The notes under the pieces: model-generated
Databases searched by the model: none
The model's input: the letters and a program-made list of their open reading frames with translations, nothing else
What the model was told of the DNA's origin: nothing
In this document: positions 23,401 to 35,010 of the stretch, piece by piece
How positions within the stretch are numbered: position 1 is the first letter of the stretch
Layout of the letters: each line of letters begins with the position of its first letter
Made by a program: the position numbers and the translations under genes
Source of the DNA: Macrostomum hystrix
Taxonomy: Eukaryota > Animalia > Platyhelminthes
Length of the DNA: 64,000 nt
Reading direction: 5' to 3'
NCBI GenBank assembly: GCA_950097015.1
Contig: CATNEN010000001.1
Coordinates: 2,418,001 to 2,482,000, forward strand

Positions 23401-24503
23401 AAACTGCAGAACGATTGGAAAATGTTTGACAATCTTGAGAATTGCGACGCTATTCATGCAACTGCCACCCAAGTAATTTGAAATATCCTTAATTCCATCA
23501 AATATTGAGAATCGTCTGTTTGGAATGCAACTTTTCCTACTCGTTTGATCATGTCGCATTTATTGCCATCTAATTATTTGGTTTTGCAATTCTAGTATAG
23601 GTTTTCCTTTTTGTATAGTATCTAATGATCCAAATGATCTTACCACACCTTTTTATTTAATCATTTGATCTTACCGCATCTAGTTATCTAATCATTTGAT
23701 CTTACCGCATCTAGTTTTCTAATCCTTTGATCTTATCGCAACTAATTATCTAATCCTTTGATCTTACCGCATCTAGTTATCTAATCCTTTGATCTTACCG
23801 CATCTAGTTATCTAATCATTTGATCTTGACGCATCTAGTTATCCAATTCTTTGATCTTACCGCATCTAGTTATCTAATCATTTGATCTTGCCGCATCTAG
23901 TTATCCAATTCTTTAATTAAGCCGCCTCATTATCAGACTATTAAAACATACCACTAGGGCTTGCTCCGCCACTTTAATCTCCACACTAACAATAGAGACC
24001 TTTAAATGTAAAAAATTTCTCACCAGTCTCCTGCCAACAGTCACAGCATCCAGTGACAGCGGAGTCGCAGCTCCATCAAGCGGCACTCTCGCCAGCACCC
24101 GATGTGGCCAAGTGGCCAAAGTACGCTTAGAGGTATGCAGCGGCAGACGATTGAGTCCAACTAGCCAGCCCTGACCGGCGTGCGTTACCCAAGCCATCTC
24201 GTCTTGTTTATCATCATTCTTAACATCATTTTGAGCCGATTTTGTATTAGGAATGGGGGTTAGAATTAGTCTATTAGTAACAAAGTCGGCATTTGCACCG
24301 CCATCCAAATCAAAGTAGGCCAATGGAGACAATTCCCAATCAGATTGATGCTCGCTGGCCAATCGATAAACAAATGCTGCAAATAGTACTACTGCAATCT
24401 GTAGCTTGCTAAGATAGCTGCGTTTGACTTCTTTATTCTGCTGCTGCTGCTGCTGTCTTTGCTTGCGTGACTGAATGTGCTGACGATGAGCAATATGCTC
24501 CAT
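20487..24503 (-). CDS. FG-GAP-repeat/NERD1 (At3g51050)-like membrane protein, ~635 aa; exons 24503-24024, 23403-23135, 22957-22720, 22073-21629, 20962-20487
   Basis: GT-AG junctions with consistent phases (0,2,0,1); N-terminal and C-terminal hydrophobic segments. Recalled family motifs occur in the right order: AFNLLNGTLVW..HYWKL, YRDVL-PFTWR, NVLALRLGDWIDLLDPSSG, IFNNLC, LVLFQFGDGVVS, GRILASHSLP. The exon 4 acceptor is the least certain junction. Confidence 0.75.
21069..21529 (+). repeat. 28-bp intronic minisatellite (GGGATAACAGGCCTTTTAAAGGAATAAT), ~16 copies
   Basis: Direct reading; intron 4 of the FG-GAP gene. Confidence 0.95.
22132..22655 (+). repeat. 58-bp intronic minisatellite, ~9 near-identical copies
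   Basis: TCTACTTTCAGTAGGGTTTCTAGAATATCAGCACAAATTTTAGACAGGTTCTAATATC; intron 3 of the FG-GAP gene. Confidence 0.96.
23633..23912 (+). repeat. 31-bp intronic minisatellite (TTTGATCTTACCGCATCTAGTTATCTAATCA), ~9 copies
   Basis: Direct reading; intron 1 of the FG-GAP gene. Confidence 0.93.
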
Positions 24504-25527
24504 GAATGCTGAAGAATCAATAAATATTTAATCAGTTTTTGTGTCCAAGATTACATTCTCTGATATCACTATAAGAAGAAAACGTGATGATCTATTAATA
24601 TTCCTTTAGCATTATGATTTGTGGTTCAAATAGAATTTTTTCATTTCCATTGTGGCTAACAAAGAGCTTTAGACTTTCTCACCAAGATTTTGTTAAAAAG
24701 CTGCGTGTAGCTTCTGATGTGTAGCTATTCGTCTATAGGAATTGTTTTGACATGGCTTGTCTGTCCTACCAAATAAATTGTATCATTTTTATTGTACAAT
24801 CTACATTAAATAGGATGTTAGTTTTTAACAGCTATTTCAATCATCATAATCAAGATAACAATCAGACCATCCTTAAACAGCCTCAGGATCATCCATTAAG
24901 TGGCTCTTACAATAGAATCCTGTTGTCCTTTAACATTTTATTTTGCTTTAAACTAGTAATTTGTTATTTTATTTGTAAATGAGTGCTAGTGTCCAGTCAG
25001 ATTTTCTCTATTTGGCTTATGGATATAGATATATAGATATAACAAATGCTGAACTTAAAACCACAAAAAGGCAATATACAGAAAAAATGCATTTAAATCA
25101 TCAAAAAGACATTTTGGCTATAAACTGTAACATTTTTGTTTTTCTTTCTATAAAGCATAAGTACATAAATCCATAAAACAGTTTAAATTAAAATTTGTAT
25201 AAACATTATTCTACAAATTTGAAGAAAGTCATAAATCAATTAACTAACCAGTAATTGATTGCCAGTGGACTACACTACACCAATAAATTGAACTGCAATT
25301 AGTCTTTCTTTAGTAGTGAGTAGTGGCAAGTGAAGTGACAAAGTGTAGTAATTTAGTTATCCTAGTGAGTTATGACATCTCTGATCTTATCTCACATCAC
25401 TTGACTTGTGAGTGGTGACTGACTGACTGGTGGTGGTGACATTGTCACATTGACATGGCCATGGGCAATGACAATGAGGATAGTTCTATTCAACAACAGC
25501 AACAACAGGTGGAACTTGAACAGGATG

Positions 25528-27727
25528 ACAATATACCATTAATACCCATGCTTTAAGGGCGTTAATGGAAAATCAGAGGGCGCCGTCAGGCGCCCGAGGA
25601 TTTTTCATTGACGCCCGGAAAGCTTGGGTATCAATTTTATTGTACCATAGACGTTTTTGCCCAAGCTATACTTTCAGAGTCAGATACAGGGGTGTGGGGG
25701 CAGAGCCCCCACTTCGGGGTGTGGGGGCGAAGCCCCCACCCACTACCATAGACTATTTTACTAGAAAGTCAAATCGTACGCTGAGCCTTGTTTCTCTCTC
25801 CTTTTCACCACTCAGCGGACCTTTATTCTATCTACAGTATCTCTCTCTCATTTCTTTCCCTCCCTCTTGGTGCGTGATAAGCTATGCCATAGACTAAAAC
25901 TGCACGAAGTCTGAACAAGTTGATGAGGGAAAGGAAAACTAAGGCTAGCTCAGAAATTTCTTTCCTTCAAATCTCCACTGAGCCATGATCAACTACGACG
26001 GAATAGTGGAAGGCGAGATTGTAGGCTTGTCCACTGATGAATTGCGCTTCGTCACTGATGAATCGGTCAACCGCTCCGGAGATACTGCGATATCTCAATT
26101 CACCGGACTCGTGACTCTCGACGCAAGCTTCGTCGAGCAGTTTATGCTGGGATTGTCAGATTATCCGGAGTTAAGCGAGAGCGACGTACAAGAGATTTCG
26201 AAATTGGAGAATGATTGCGCTGTGCGATCTACCGAGAAGCAGACCAGGATCTACTCTGAGAAGGTGCAGGCCTTTCTAGCTGAGCGAGGTTTGTCAACTG
26301 ACCTCGAGAGCATGCCGCCAAGATACGTGTGTCACTATCTCCGTTTGTTTTTCTCTACTCTCAAGAAGCCCGATGGCACTGCTTACAGTTGTAGCACACT
26401 TGTGTGCATAAGGGCTGCAATTCATCGTTTCCTACTGGAAAAGCGAGGTATGCCGCTCATTGGAAATCGGATTTTTTTGAGCTGGATAAGACCTTCAAAG
26501 CTGCCGTAACGTACTCTCTGAAGCAACCGACGTCTGTTGTTGGCGGTGAGGCCGGATATCCAGCAATAGACAGCGAGGACATGTCTAAGCTGCACGTGTA
26601 CTTCACCAGAGCAGATCCAAAGAGGCTCCAGTATGAGGTGCTGTTTCTCATCGTGTTCCACTTCGGATTTAGAGGTCGGGAGTGGATCCGAGCTTTGATG
26701 AAAAATGACGTTATAGTGAAGCGACGCGATGGACATGTCGAATATGTCGATTTAGTGAAGGAGAAGAAGGAGAAGAATGTTTCCGCCAAGAGTGCCAGCA
26801 CCAGGAAGGAAATCGGTATCTTTCCGGTGAGCGATAAGGGCAAGGCCGTATGCCCCGTTGAGGCATTCACTCTCTACCTAGAGAAGCTTCCTAGCGACAA
26901 CCCGAACCTGTTCCCAAGACCGAGGGCCAACTGGACGGGCAGTGACTGGTTCTGCAGGAAGGAGGTCTTGGGTAAGAACACGCTCGCCGGATTTATGAAG
27001 GTTCTCTCCCAGGAAGCTGGTCTCGGTCGGTCGTACACAAATCACTGCATTCGTGCGACTACAATCACTACTCTGTCGGAGCAAGGCTTCAGTGCGGAAC
27101 AAATTCAGGCCGTCTCGGGGCACAAGAGACTGGAGAACGTGATCCGGTACACCAAGCGAGTGTCAATGGATCAAAAGCGTCTACTGTCAACGTCCATGAC
27201 TTCTGGCTTGCACGGAAGCACCAGCACGCTAGAAGAAGCAACTCCCGCTAAGCGGATCACTGCAGAGCAGGATGAGACATTGCAGGCAAGCGACATAGCG
27301 GCCAGAGAACCCACGATTGTCCTGGAGAAAAACGGGGTAAAGTGTTCGATCTACTTGTAACGTGCTTTGAGCCATGACTGCGACATTGACGGCTTTGATT
27401 TACCGATTGTTTTTTACCAATTTACCGATTTACCGAAGTACCGAAAGTACTACGCTTGTTCGTAATTTTTATTGTTGAAAGCCTAAATGTCTATCATTGT
27501 TGAACTCCAAAGCTACCTGCTTTACAATGCACTATTGTTTCACGATTTCTGTCTGGAAAAAATCGGGCAGATAATTACATTATCCGCCTGCAATTTGCGG
27601 GCAGTTAATGACATTTGCACCATAGAGTAGACTTTGACGCATATTTATTGAAAGCGGGCTTTAATGTAGTCTATGATATTATCGGGCAGGATTAAGTGCC
27701 CGCCGGGCAAAAAGGTCATGGTACAAT
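25528..27727 (+). mobile_element. Crypton-type tyrosine-recombinase DNA transposon, ~2.2 kb
   Basis: 5-bp terminal direct repeat ACAAT (25528-32, 27723-27); terminal TACCAT/ATGGTA arms; ~98-nt hairpin at 25538-25635; inverted repeat 25639-25662 vs 27705-27727; YR gene inside; no RT. Confidence 0.85.
25985..27360 (+). CDS. Tyrosine recombinase (Crypton/DUF3504-like), interrupted by a single 1-nt frameshift near 26465-26480
   Basis: ORF1 has LRLFFSTLKKPDGTAYSCSTLVCIRAAIHRFL. ORF2 has catalytic-type motifs HFGFRGRE, CPVEAFTLYLEKLP, LGKNTL, YTNHCIRAT and VSGHKRLENVIRY (R, HxxR, H, Y all present). Confidence 0.85.
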
Positions 27728-28570
27728 GATCTTTGGCCAGAGATTGTCAAGATGTTCCTCAACCATCAATGGAAGCCTAATGAAGCCCTGTTTATTTGGT
27801 TTAAAACACCCATTCCATCAAGCACTGCAGTGGAATGGCTGTTTTCTGTCACAAAATACGTCCTCCAAGCCAAGAGCGGAGGAATGAGTGGCTAGCATTG
27901 TTAAGCATTCTGACTAGTGTATCATTTTTTATCTGACATTGCTGATTAGGATTAGTCATTAGTGAGTGTTGCACCTCATGCCCGGCCATCATTTTGTGCA
28001 AGCTGCACAGAACTACACTAATGAATGCTATGAGAACTACATTTTGCTATGCTATGCAAGATATTTTAGTGTTTAGTAAGTGTATTGAGCCATTTCATGT
28101 AAAATTGATATTATTATATAGTAAAGAAAATAATTGGGAAATTATATTTGCATGAATTCATACATCAGAACAAATTTACTTGACTGCTAAAAGGTAATAA
28201 ACCATTTGTGTCTTTGAGGATCATTTTGGAATGAGCAAGTCCAAATAAGCAAGCTGACCAAATGTTGCAAATGGAGGATAGGAAATTGTCTATGTGTGGC
28301 AGGTGTGACAGACTTTATTCAATGCATTAGCATTGTGCCATTTAGTGTCATTTTTTATTGTGCTGAACAGCAGCATCTGCTACGTAAACTTCTAAGAAAG
28401 GATCCATATACCCCGGTTCATGTCAATGCAACTGGAGGTCTTATTTGTAAATCGCAGGTGATAGCTGACAATGTTCATCTTTGCAGTGCAGTTGTCAGCC
28501 ATAGCAATGAATCTGTTGTAACAATGCCAATAACTGAGGCTGTTTAGGAGTCCACAAAAACAGAAGATAT

Positions 28571-28788
28571 TGTGGGGTTCCTGTGTGGTGTGTTGTGCGT
28601 TGGCTCATCTTGTCTGATTGGTCTAAATGTACATGGCGTCGGCCTTTCACCCGCTTGGGGGTGGGGCTGGCTTTAGCCTATTTTATTATTCATTGTGCTC
28701 ATCACTGCCCTGCTTGTATATATTGAATCGTTATGCAAAATAAACTCGTGCGTACTTTCTGACAATCTAAATTTCGCCGGCTCTTACA
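28571..28788 (+). mobile_element. Probable solo LTR (218 bp)
   Basis: TGT...ACA ends; 4-bp ATAT on both flanks (28567-70, 28789-92); AATAAA at 28739-44. Single copy, so not confirmable here. Confidence 0.5.
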
Positions 28789-29217
28789 ATATAAATCACA
28801 GCATGGATTGAATCATTTCTACTTAACTTTGCTCACTTCGAATACCAAGGTGTTTAGGAGTTAAGAAAATCCAGACCTCGAGTCTACATTGTCAACTTTA
28901 GCTGGGTTTTAACTTTTAATACATGGCATTTTTTGGGCTGCTGCCATTATGGATCTGCCAACCTGTCTTAAAAAACAATTTAAGCAACTAACTACTGTTG
29001 AAGTTGGACCTCAGTCACACCCCATAGTCTGGATCATGTAGTGCACACCGGAATTTTCCGGCGTGTATTTGTTTTCAGCTGGCATGCATGGCGTGCATTG
29101 GTGTATATTTAAAGGCTTGGCGTACACTTTGACATGCAAGGCATCCATGGTGATGGTGTAGCGTGCAATCATACATTACATTGCACGACAATTGTAATTG
29201 TAATTGTATGACAATTA

Positions 29218-31503
29218 CATACAACGCTCAGTATGGTGACATATGCGACGCAATCCACACCGCGGCGGAAAGCACGCTACCACTCGTGCGTCCACCGCAG
29301 CGCTCACAACCAGTGTGGATGAGCGACCCAGCGATCAGAGAGGCCCAAGATCGAGTGCAGCGACTCAGGAGGAGCAGGCACACAACAGACGAGGCGGAAA
29401 AGGCCCTCGCCATTGTCTACAAAGAGCAGCAGCTGGCTGCCGTGAGCGAGGCCATCCGCGCCGTCACCTCCGCCGCCCCGGACAGGAAAAGTGGCACCGT
29501 GTGGACTGCCATCAACACCCTCACTGGCAGGAAGCAACGCACGGCGCTCAACCTGGTTGGGGACACGCCGGATGAGCGCAAGAACAGCCTGCGGGACTTT
29601 TTCGCTAGCATAGTGAATGCGCCACCACCTGCGCTCCCTGATGTGCTGGCGCTGCCCCCTGACACGCCACTGCCGCCTCCGCATCATTTCTGTACCGGCC
29701 ATGTGACCGCAATCGATGTTTGTCAGCTCGCCAAGAAGATCCCAGGCGGCAAGGCAACGGGTCCCGACGAAGTTCCCAACGAGGTGCTCAGACTGCCCAA
29801 GGTCGCCCAGGAGATCGCCAGGGTGATCAACAACGTTCTCGATACTGGCGTCGCACCTCCGGAGTGGACCCGAGCACATATCGTCGGAATCCCCAAGAAG
29901 CCGGGCACCAACAAGATTGAAGAACATCGGGGCATCTCCCTGATGTCCTGTGCCGCCAAGCTGCACAACAAGCTGCTACTGTCGCGCTTGCAGCCAGTGC
30001 TGGACCCTTACCTGCGGTACGAGCAGAATGGGTTCCGGCCACGACGTGGTACAGTCACGCAAATTCTGGCGCTCCGGAGAATTATCGAGGAATCGCGCAT
30101 TCGCCAGTCGGACCTTTTCTGTCTGTTCATCGACTTCCTGAAGGCTTTCGACTCGGTGGCTCGAGGCGTGATTCCACTAGTTCTCCGAGCCTACAACGTG
30201 CCAGAGAAACTGATTGCAGCAGTCATACATGCGCAACACCCGGCCGACCCAGCCGAACCGGCTGGGTGAAACGAGGGCCAAGCAAGGTAAGTCGCAAAAA
30301 CCAATCAACCAAGCGCAAAAAAATCAAAGGGGGGACCAAGGGACAAAAAAGGAAGGCGTGAAAAAAAGGAAAAAGGGGAGAGAAAAAGAGAGCAAATGAG
30401 AGCAAACTAAGTCGTAAATAGAGCAATGAAACGAACTAAGTCGCAAATGAGAGCAAAAACTAAGTCGCACGGCCGGCTAAGATTTGGGAGGTTGCGCATG
30501 TATGGCAGCAGTGATGGCGCTCTACCACGACACGCACGCTGCTGTGATCACACCTGACGGCCTTTCCGACTTCTTCACCACCTCATCCGGAGTCCTGCAA
30601 GGAGACACCCTCGCTCCCTTCCTGTTCATCCTCATCTTGGACTGGGTGCTGCGGACAGGACTACCGGACAACTCGGACGGCTACATCCTATGCAGGCGAA
30701 CGAGCAGCCGGCACCCGGAGAAGCGGCTGGCAGTCCTCGGATATGCTGATGACCTCGCCCTGCTGGCATCCACTGCTGCTGGTGCTCAACGCCTCCTCGA
30801 CGGCCTAGCTGCTGCCGCTGCGAAGGTTGGCCTTAAGATCAACGCCAAGAAGACGGAGGTCCTGACTGTGTCAGCCGATCTGCCAGCGGTCATCCGCCTT
30901 CCCAGCATGGACAGCGCAATGGCAGCACCGCTCCCCCGATGTGAGCAGTTCCGGTACCTTGGTGGTCTCGTGCCCAGCGTCCAGGAGGACCTGCGGCGTC
31001 GCAGAGGGCTTGCGTGGGCGGCTTTCCGCTCAGTGCGCATCGTGCTCCAAAGCGATGCCCTGCCAGACCAGCTGAGAACCAGACTGTTCCAGGCGGTGGT
31101 GGAAACGGTGCTCTTCTACAACGCCGAGACCTGGACCATGACGGATGTGCTGGAGCGCCAGCTGGACGCGGCGCACTCCAGCCTGCTGCGCGCTGCCTTC
31201 AGCGTGCACCGTCACGCCGAACACGTCACCAACCAGGCTCTCTACCAGCGGGCCAAGCTGAGCCCTCCCAGCGTGACCCTGCGACAGCGCCGCCTGAAGC
31301 TGGCGGGCCACGTCATTCGCGCCGAGTCCTACTGCCCGGAGCCGCTGCAGGAGGTCTTGCTGTACACGCAGCAGGGCCCGTTCCGGCAGGGGCAGGCGCG
31401 GACCCGGAGGTTTGTCGACTGTCTGACAGAAGACGCCAGGGCGCCTGATCAGATCAATGGCGCTACCTTCATCAGAGACTGCGCAGCTAAGCGCGCTTTT
31501 TGA
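29218..31503 (+). pseudogene. LINE reverse transcriptase ORF, split by a MITE at 30224-30504
   Basis: KATGPD, HRGISL, EQNGFR, FIDFLKAFDSV, GVLQGDTLAPFLF, YADD, FRYLG, ETWT, RRLKLAGH. The frame is restored (KLIAAV|MALY) after removing the MITE and one TSD. Confidence 0.92.
30224..30504 (+). mobile_element. hAT-type MITE family 2, copy A (281 bp)
   Basis: TIR CATACATGCGCAAC...GTTGCGCATGTATG; 8-bp TSD GCAGCAGT (30216-23, 30505-12). Confidence 0.94.
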
Positions 31504-32068
31504 CAATGTCCCCCCCTTTCCTGACCACTTGTGGCCGGTGGCCATTGTATTTATTGTATTGTATTGTATTGTATACATTACATTAAAAAAAGAGATCAAA
31601 TATGTTTCATGGATCTGTATGTACAATTTCAAATATCAACCAATTATTTAACAGAGTTTGCATGACTAAAACAAAATGTTCTGTTATATGTAAAAATATT
31701 TTTAAGTTTTGTAAATTGGACTATAAATACTATAAATAAATGATTTATTCTGTTTGATATTGTTTTTCAGCAAATAGAAAAATGGAAGCAAGTTTGTCTC
31801 TTTAAAGCAAAAAATGTGTTACATCTTTTTTATACAAATTATATAATTTGTCACATTGGCATGCCCTTTGAAAAACTCAAACTCATGCCCTTTTGCATCC
31901 TTGGCGGCAAAATATTTTTCCTCAATTTTTCTTCTGGCCTGCAGCCAACATGATCCAGACTATGGGTCATACCCCTTTGTATTTATTTGCAGCTCTCATC
32001 TTATGCACTACTATTATTTCTTAATAATAATTTGCTTTCTCAAAGTAGTCATTCATGCTAGTTGGGAT

Positions 32069-32348
32069 CATACATGCACAACCTCCCAAATCTTAGCCGG
32101 CAGTGCGACTTAGTTTTTGCTCTCATTTGCAACTTAGTTCGTTTCATTGCTCTATTTACGACTTAGTTTGCTCTCATTTGCTCTCTTTTTCTCTCCCCTT
32201 TTTCCTTTTCTTCGCGCCTTCCTTTTTTGTCCCTTGGTCCCCCTTTGATTTTTTTGCGCTTGGTTGATTGGTTTTTGCAACTTACCTTGCTTGGCCCTAG
32301 TTTCACCCGGCTGGTTCAGCCGGGTCAGCCGGGTGTTGTGCATGTATG
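32069..32348 (-). mobile_element. hAT-type MITE family 2, copy B (280 bp, inverted)
   Basis: TIR CATACATGCACAAC...GTTGTGCATGTATG; 8-bp TSD GTTGGGAT (32061-68, 32349-56). Confidence 0.93.
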
Positions 32349-34734
32349 GTTGGGATGAGTGAGCCAGTAATGGCCAAGAGGAAGCCAAGCATAAGCAAGG
32401 CTTTCTCTTGGTCATTATGGATGCGATATCTCATCTTGATAAGATGTAACAAAAGTTTCAGGATAGGAAAGCACGTTTTTTTACTTTTAATTATTGCCAC
32501 TTTTTCCCAGTTGAACTGATTTGGATGTGGTTTTTTTGTATAACATGTAACAGACTTGGGTCTATGTACTAAAGTGAAAAGCGTTGCCATTGCAATGCGC
32601 TTTGGTTGCCATAGCAACCAAAAACATGTTTTTTGGAGATGACAAAAATTGGTCTATCTATACTTTTTGGCATTTTATGGTGTCAGGCCAAGTGACTCTA
32701 TCCAGTCACTATTTTTCGAAATGGAAGGCACATTCCAGCAATTTTGACACCTGGGGCCTATGCCAATTTCTCAAAAGATTACTCATAATATTTTAGAAGT
32801 GCAATTTCTCGAATCAAGTTTGGTGTTGTAGGATAGCATTTAGAGCCCTCTTCAAAAGGATAGCATCCATGCCTACCTGTGAACATTGATTGAGCGTCAG
32901 TACATGATGCTGTACTTTTAAGTGAAGCAGTATTTTCGAGTTTAATCTAATAAAATGTTGTTCTTTGCTCCAATGTAATTGAAAATGGTTTCAATAGATG
33001 CATCTAGATGTTTCCAAGACAATGACATGTCACATGAAGCTGTGCATCACATTTCAGATGTACAGTATTGATTGTCGTTTATAAAACATGATTTTTTCAT
33101 GCACACAAATAATGCAACCTTGAATGAAAATTGTAATAAAATGTATGCTAGAAATTTCCAGTGTTAAACTACATGATCCGAACTATGGGAGATTTATGGC
33201 GGGTCTGGGAGAGAGAACGGAAGGGCAGATGTTAGTCTTTAATAATCAGTACTTTTAATATGCATCACGGCTCACTCATCCCATAGGCCTAATAAGTCAC
33301 TGACTTCATTACAAGCCTAGTCAATTTCCTACTTGAGTTACACAGCTACATAACTACTCATCATATAAAATAGTTCAGTTTAACTGATAAATCAGTTAAA
33401 AACATATTAATAATGGTCATGGACTTATAAAAAAAAGAATTACTAAAAATAGTATCTTACTACTCGTATTTGAACAAAATTTTATATGCTGCAATTTAGT
33501 GAATTAATATCTATAGGCTAGACTATAAGAGACATAAAGTTTTATACTGGTTATAAAAGTTCATGGAATTTAATTTTAACTTATAATAAAAGAGCCCTAC
33601 AAGCTAACTACATAACATTCTTACATACAACACCCAACAGGACATGGCTTATTGCCAACAAAAGCAATTTTTCGCACAAAAAAATACTTAAATAATACAA
33701 TTTGCACAGGAAAAAGCGAAAACAACTAGGCCCACTGTGTGCTCCTTTATTATTATACTCTTGTTACGTTTTTGTTTTTCCATCGAGCACGCTTTTCTTG
33801 TTGTTTTAATCTTAAGCAGACACTTTTCCTTGAGTATATGGCATGAAACTTTACATTGAGATTATTTATCTATGCTAATGCTTAGATTAATTTAACTTTA
33901 GAAAATTAAAAAAATTAGATTTTTATATGAAACCTGAACTTTTTGCTTGAAAGTTTGTTTTAATTTAGCCACCAAATCCGCAGACACGGATTTTTATAAC
34001 ATGTGTCTTCGAACATGACCAGTATAGTGACGTAACGCGCGTTTTTTGTCACTACTCGTTAACAGTTCTTTGGTGGACGGACACAAACGTTAATGAAAAT
34101 GAAAAAGGCAAACTTTGACAGATTTTAAATCTAAAAGAAATCGATTTTGATCAATTCAAGGCAATACCTCCTTGAGATTTGGCTTGAAATGGACTTAAGA
34201 AAGTTGCTGCTATAGAGAGGCTATTTAAAGCTTGGTCGTGCAGCGTTTGATTTGGACATATTTTTATTCCACGCTGCACACGCAAAAAATCAATTATGTA
34301 CTTGTGTGCCTAAAGTGCCCGCTGCTCATTGACAGTAAAAATAATTATCATATCGACCTGTATTATAGGTGTTATCAATTGCACTAGCTAGTTAGGCTAT
34401 TTAGCGTGTTACTAGGATTGTCCTTAATCGAAGTAACGACCGCCATATTTTCAATCAGGCTGTCGCGTTAATTGTGCATTATGCCATATATTTTGGCACT
34501 AATCGATTAGGAAATGCAACAGGTGCAATTTAGGAAGTCAATATATTAAGGGCTCAGGACAAACACTATCATAGAGGCTACATTTTCTTTCTTAAAGGCA
34601 AGGCTCAGACAGTATATACATAATAGATGACTCCACAGGCCATAATTCTTAAGGGCGAAAACACAAGCTAACAATGATAAATTGCTCATTCATGCATTTA
34701 GTTACAATGTAGCCATTTAAGCAGCTAACCATGT

Positions 34735-35010
34735 ATAGTGGCACCAACCCCTCAAAACCCATGGTGGCACCACCCTTCAAAATCTATGGTACGTGGCGCC
34801 AAACTCTCGAAATCCATGGTGGCGCCAACCCCTCAAAATTCACGGTGGCGCCAACCCCTACACTCGATCCATGGGGGTGCTAATTTGCCTCCAAATCTGT
34901 GGTGCTAATCCCTCCAAATATGTTGTAGCACCAACCCCTCAAAGTCCATGTTGGCGCCAACCCTTCAAAATCCATGGTGGCGCCAACCTCCAAATCTATA
35001 GTGGTACCAC
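34735..35010 (+). repeat. Degenerate ~26-bp minisatellite (GGTGGCGCCAACCCCTCAAAATCCAT), ~10 copies
   Basis: Direct reading. Confidence 0.8.

Larger units (their letters stand above)
25455..27895 (+). pseudogene. Internally deleted hAT transposase remnant split by the Crypton (25455-25532 joined to 27728-27895)
   Basis: Removing the Crypton restores an 81-codon frame MAMGNDNEDSSIQQQQQQVELEQDDN|DLWPEIVKMF...LFIWFKTPIPSSTAVEWLFSVTKYVLQAK. This matches the hAT C-terminal dimerisation motif (TPxPSSAxVERLFS). Confidence 0.7.
29183..31572 (+). mobile_element. 5'-truncated RTE-clade non-LTR retrotransposon
   Basis: 12-bp TSD ATACATTACATT (29171-82, 31573-84); (TTGTA)n tail; short 3' UTR; RT ORF with no endonuclease domain remaining. 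Confidence 0.9.

Noticed and set aside
21069-23912. CRISPR-like arrays (28-58 bp repeats; also the 36-bp and 38-bp arrays)
   Set aside because: Head-to-tail tandem units with no unique spacers, no cas genes, and a eukaryotic intronic context.
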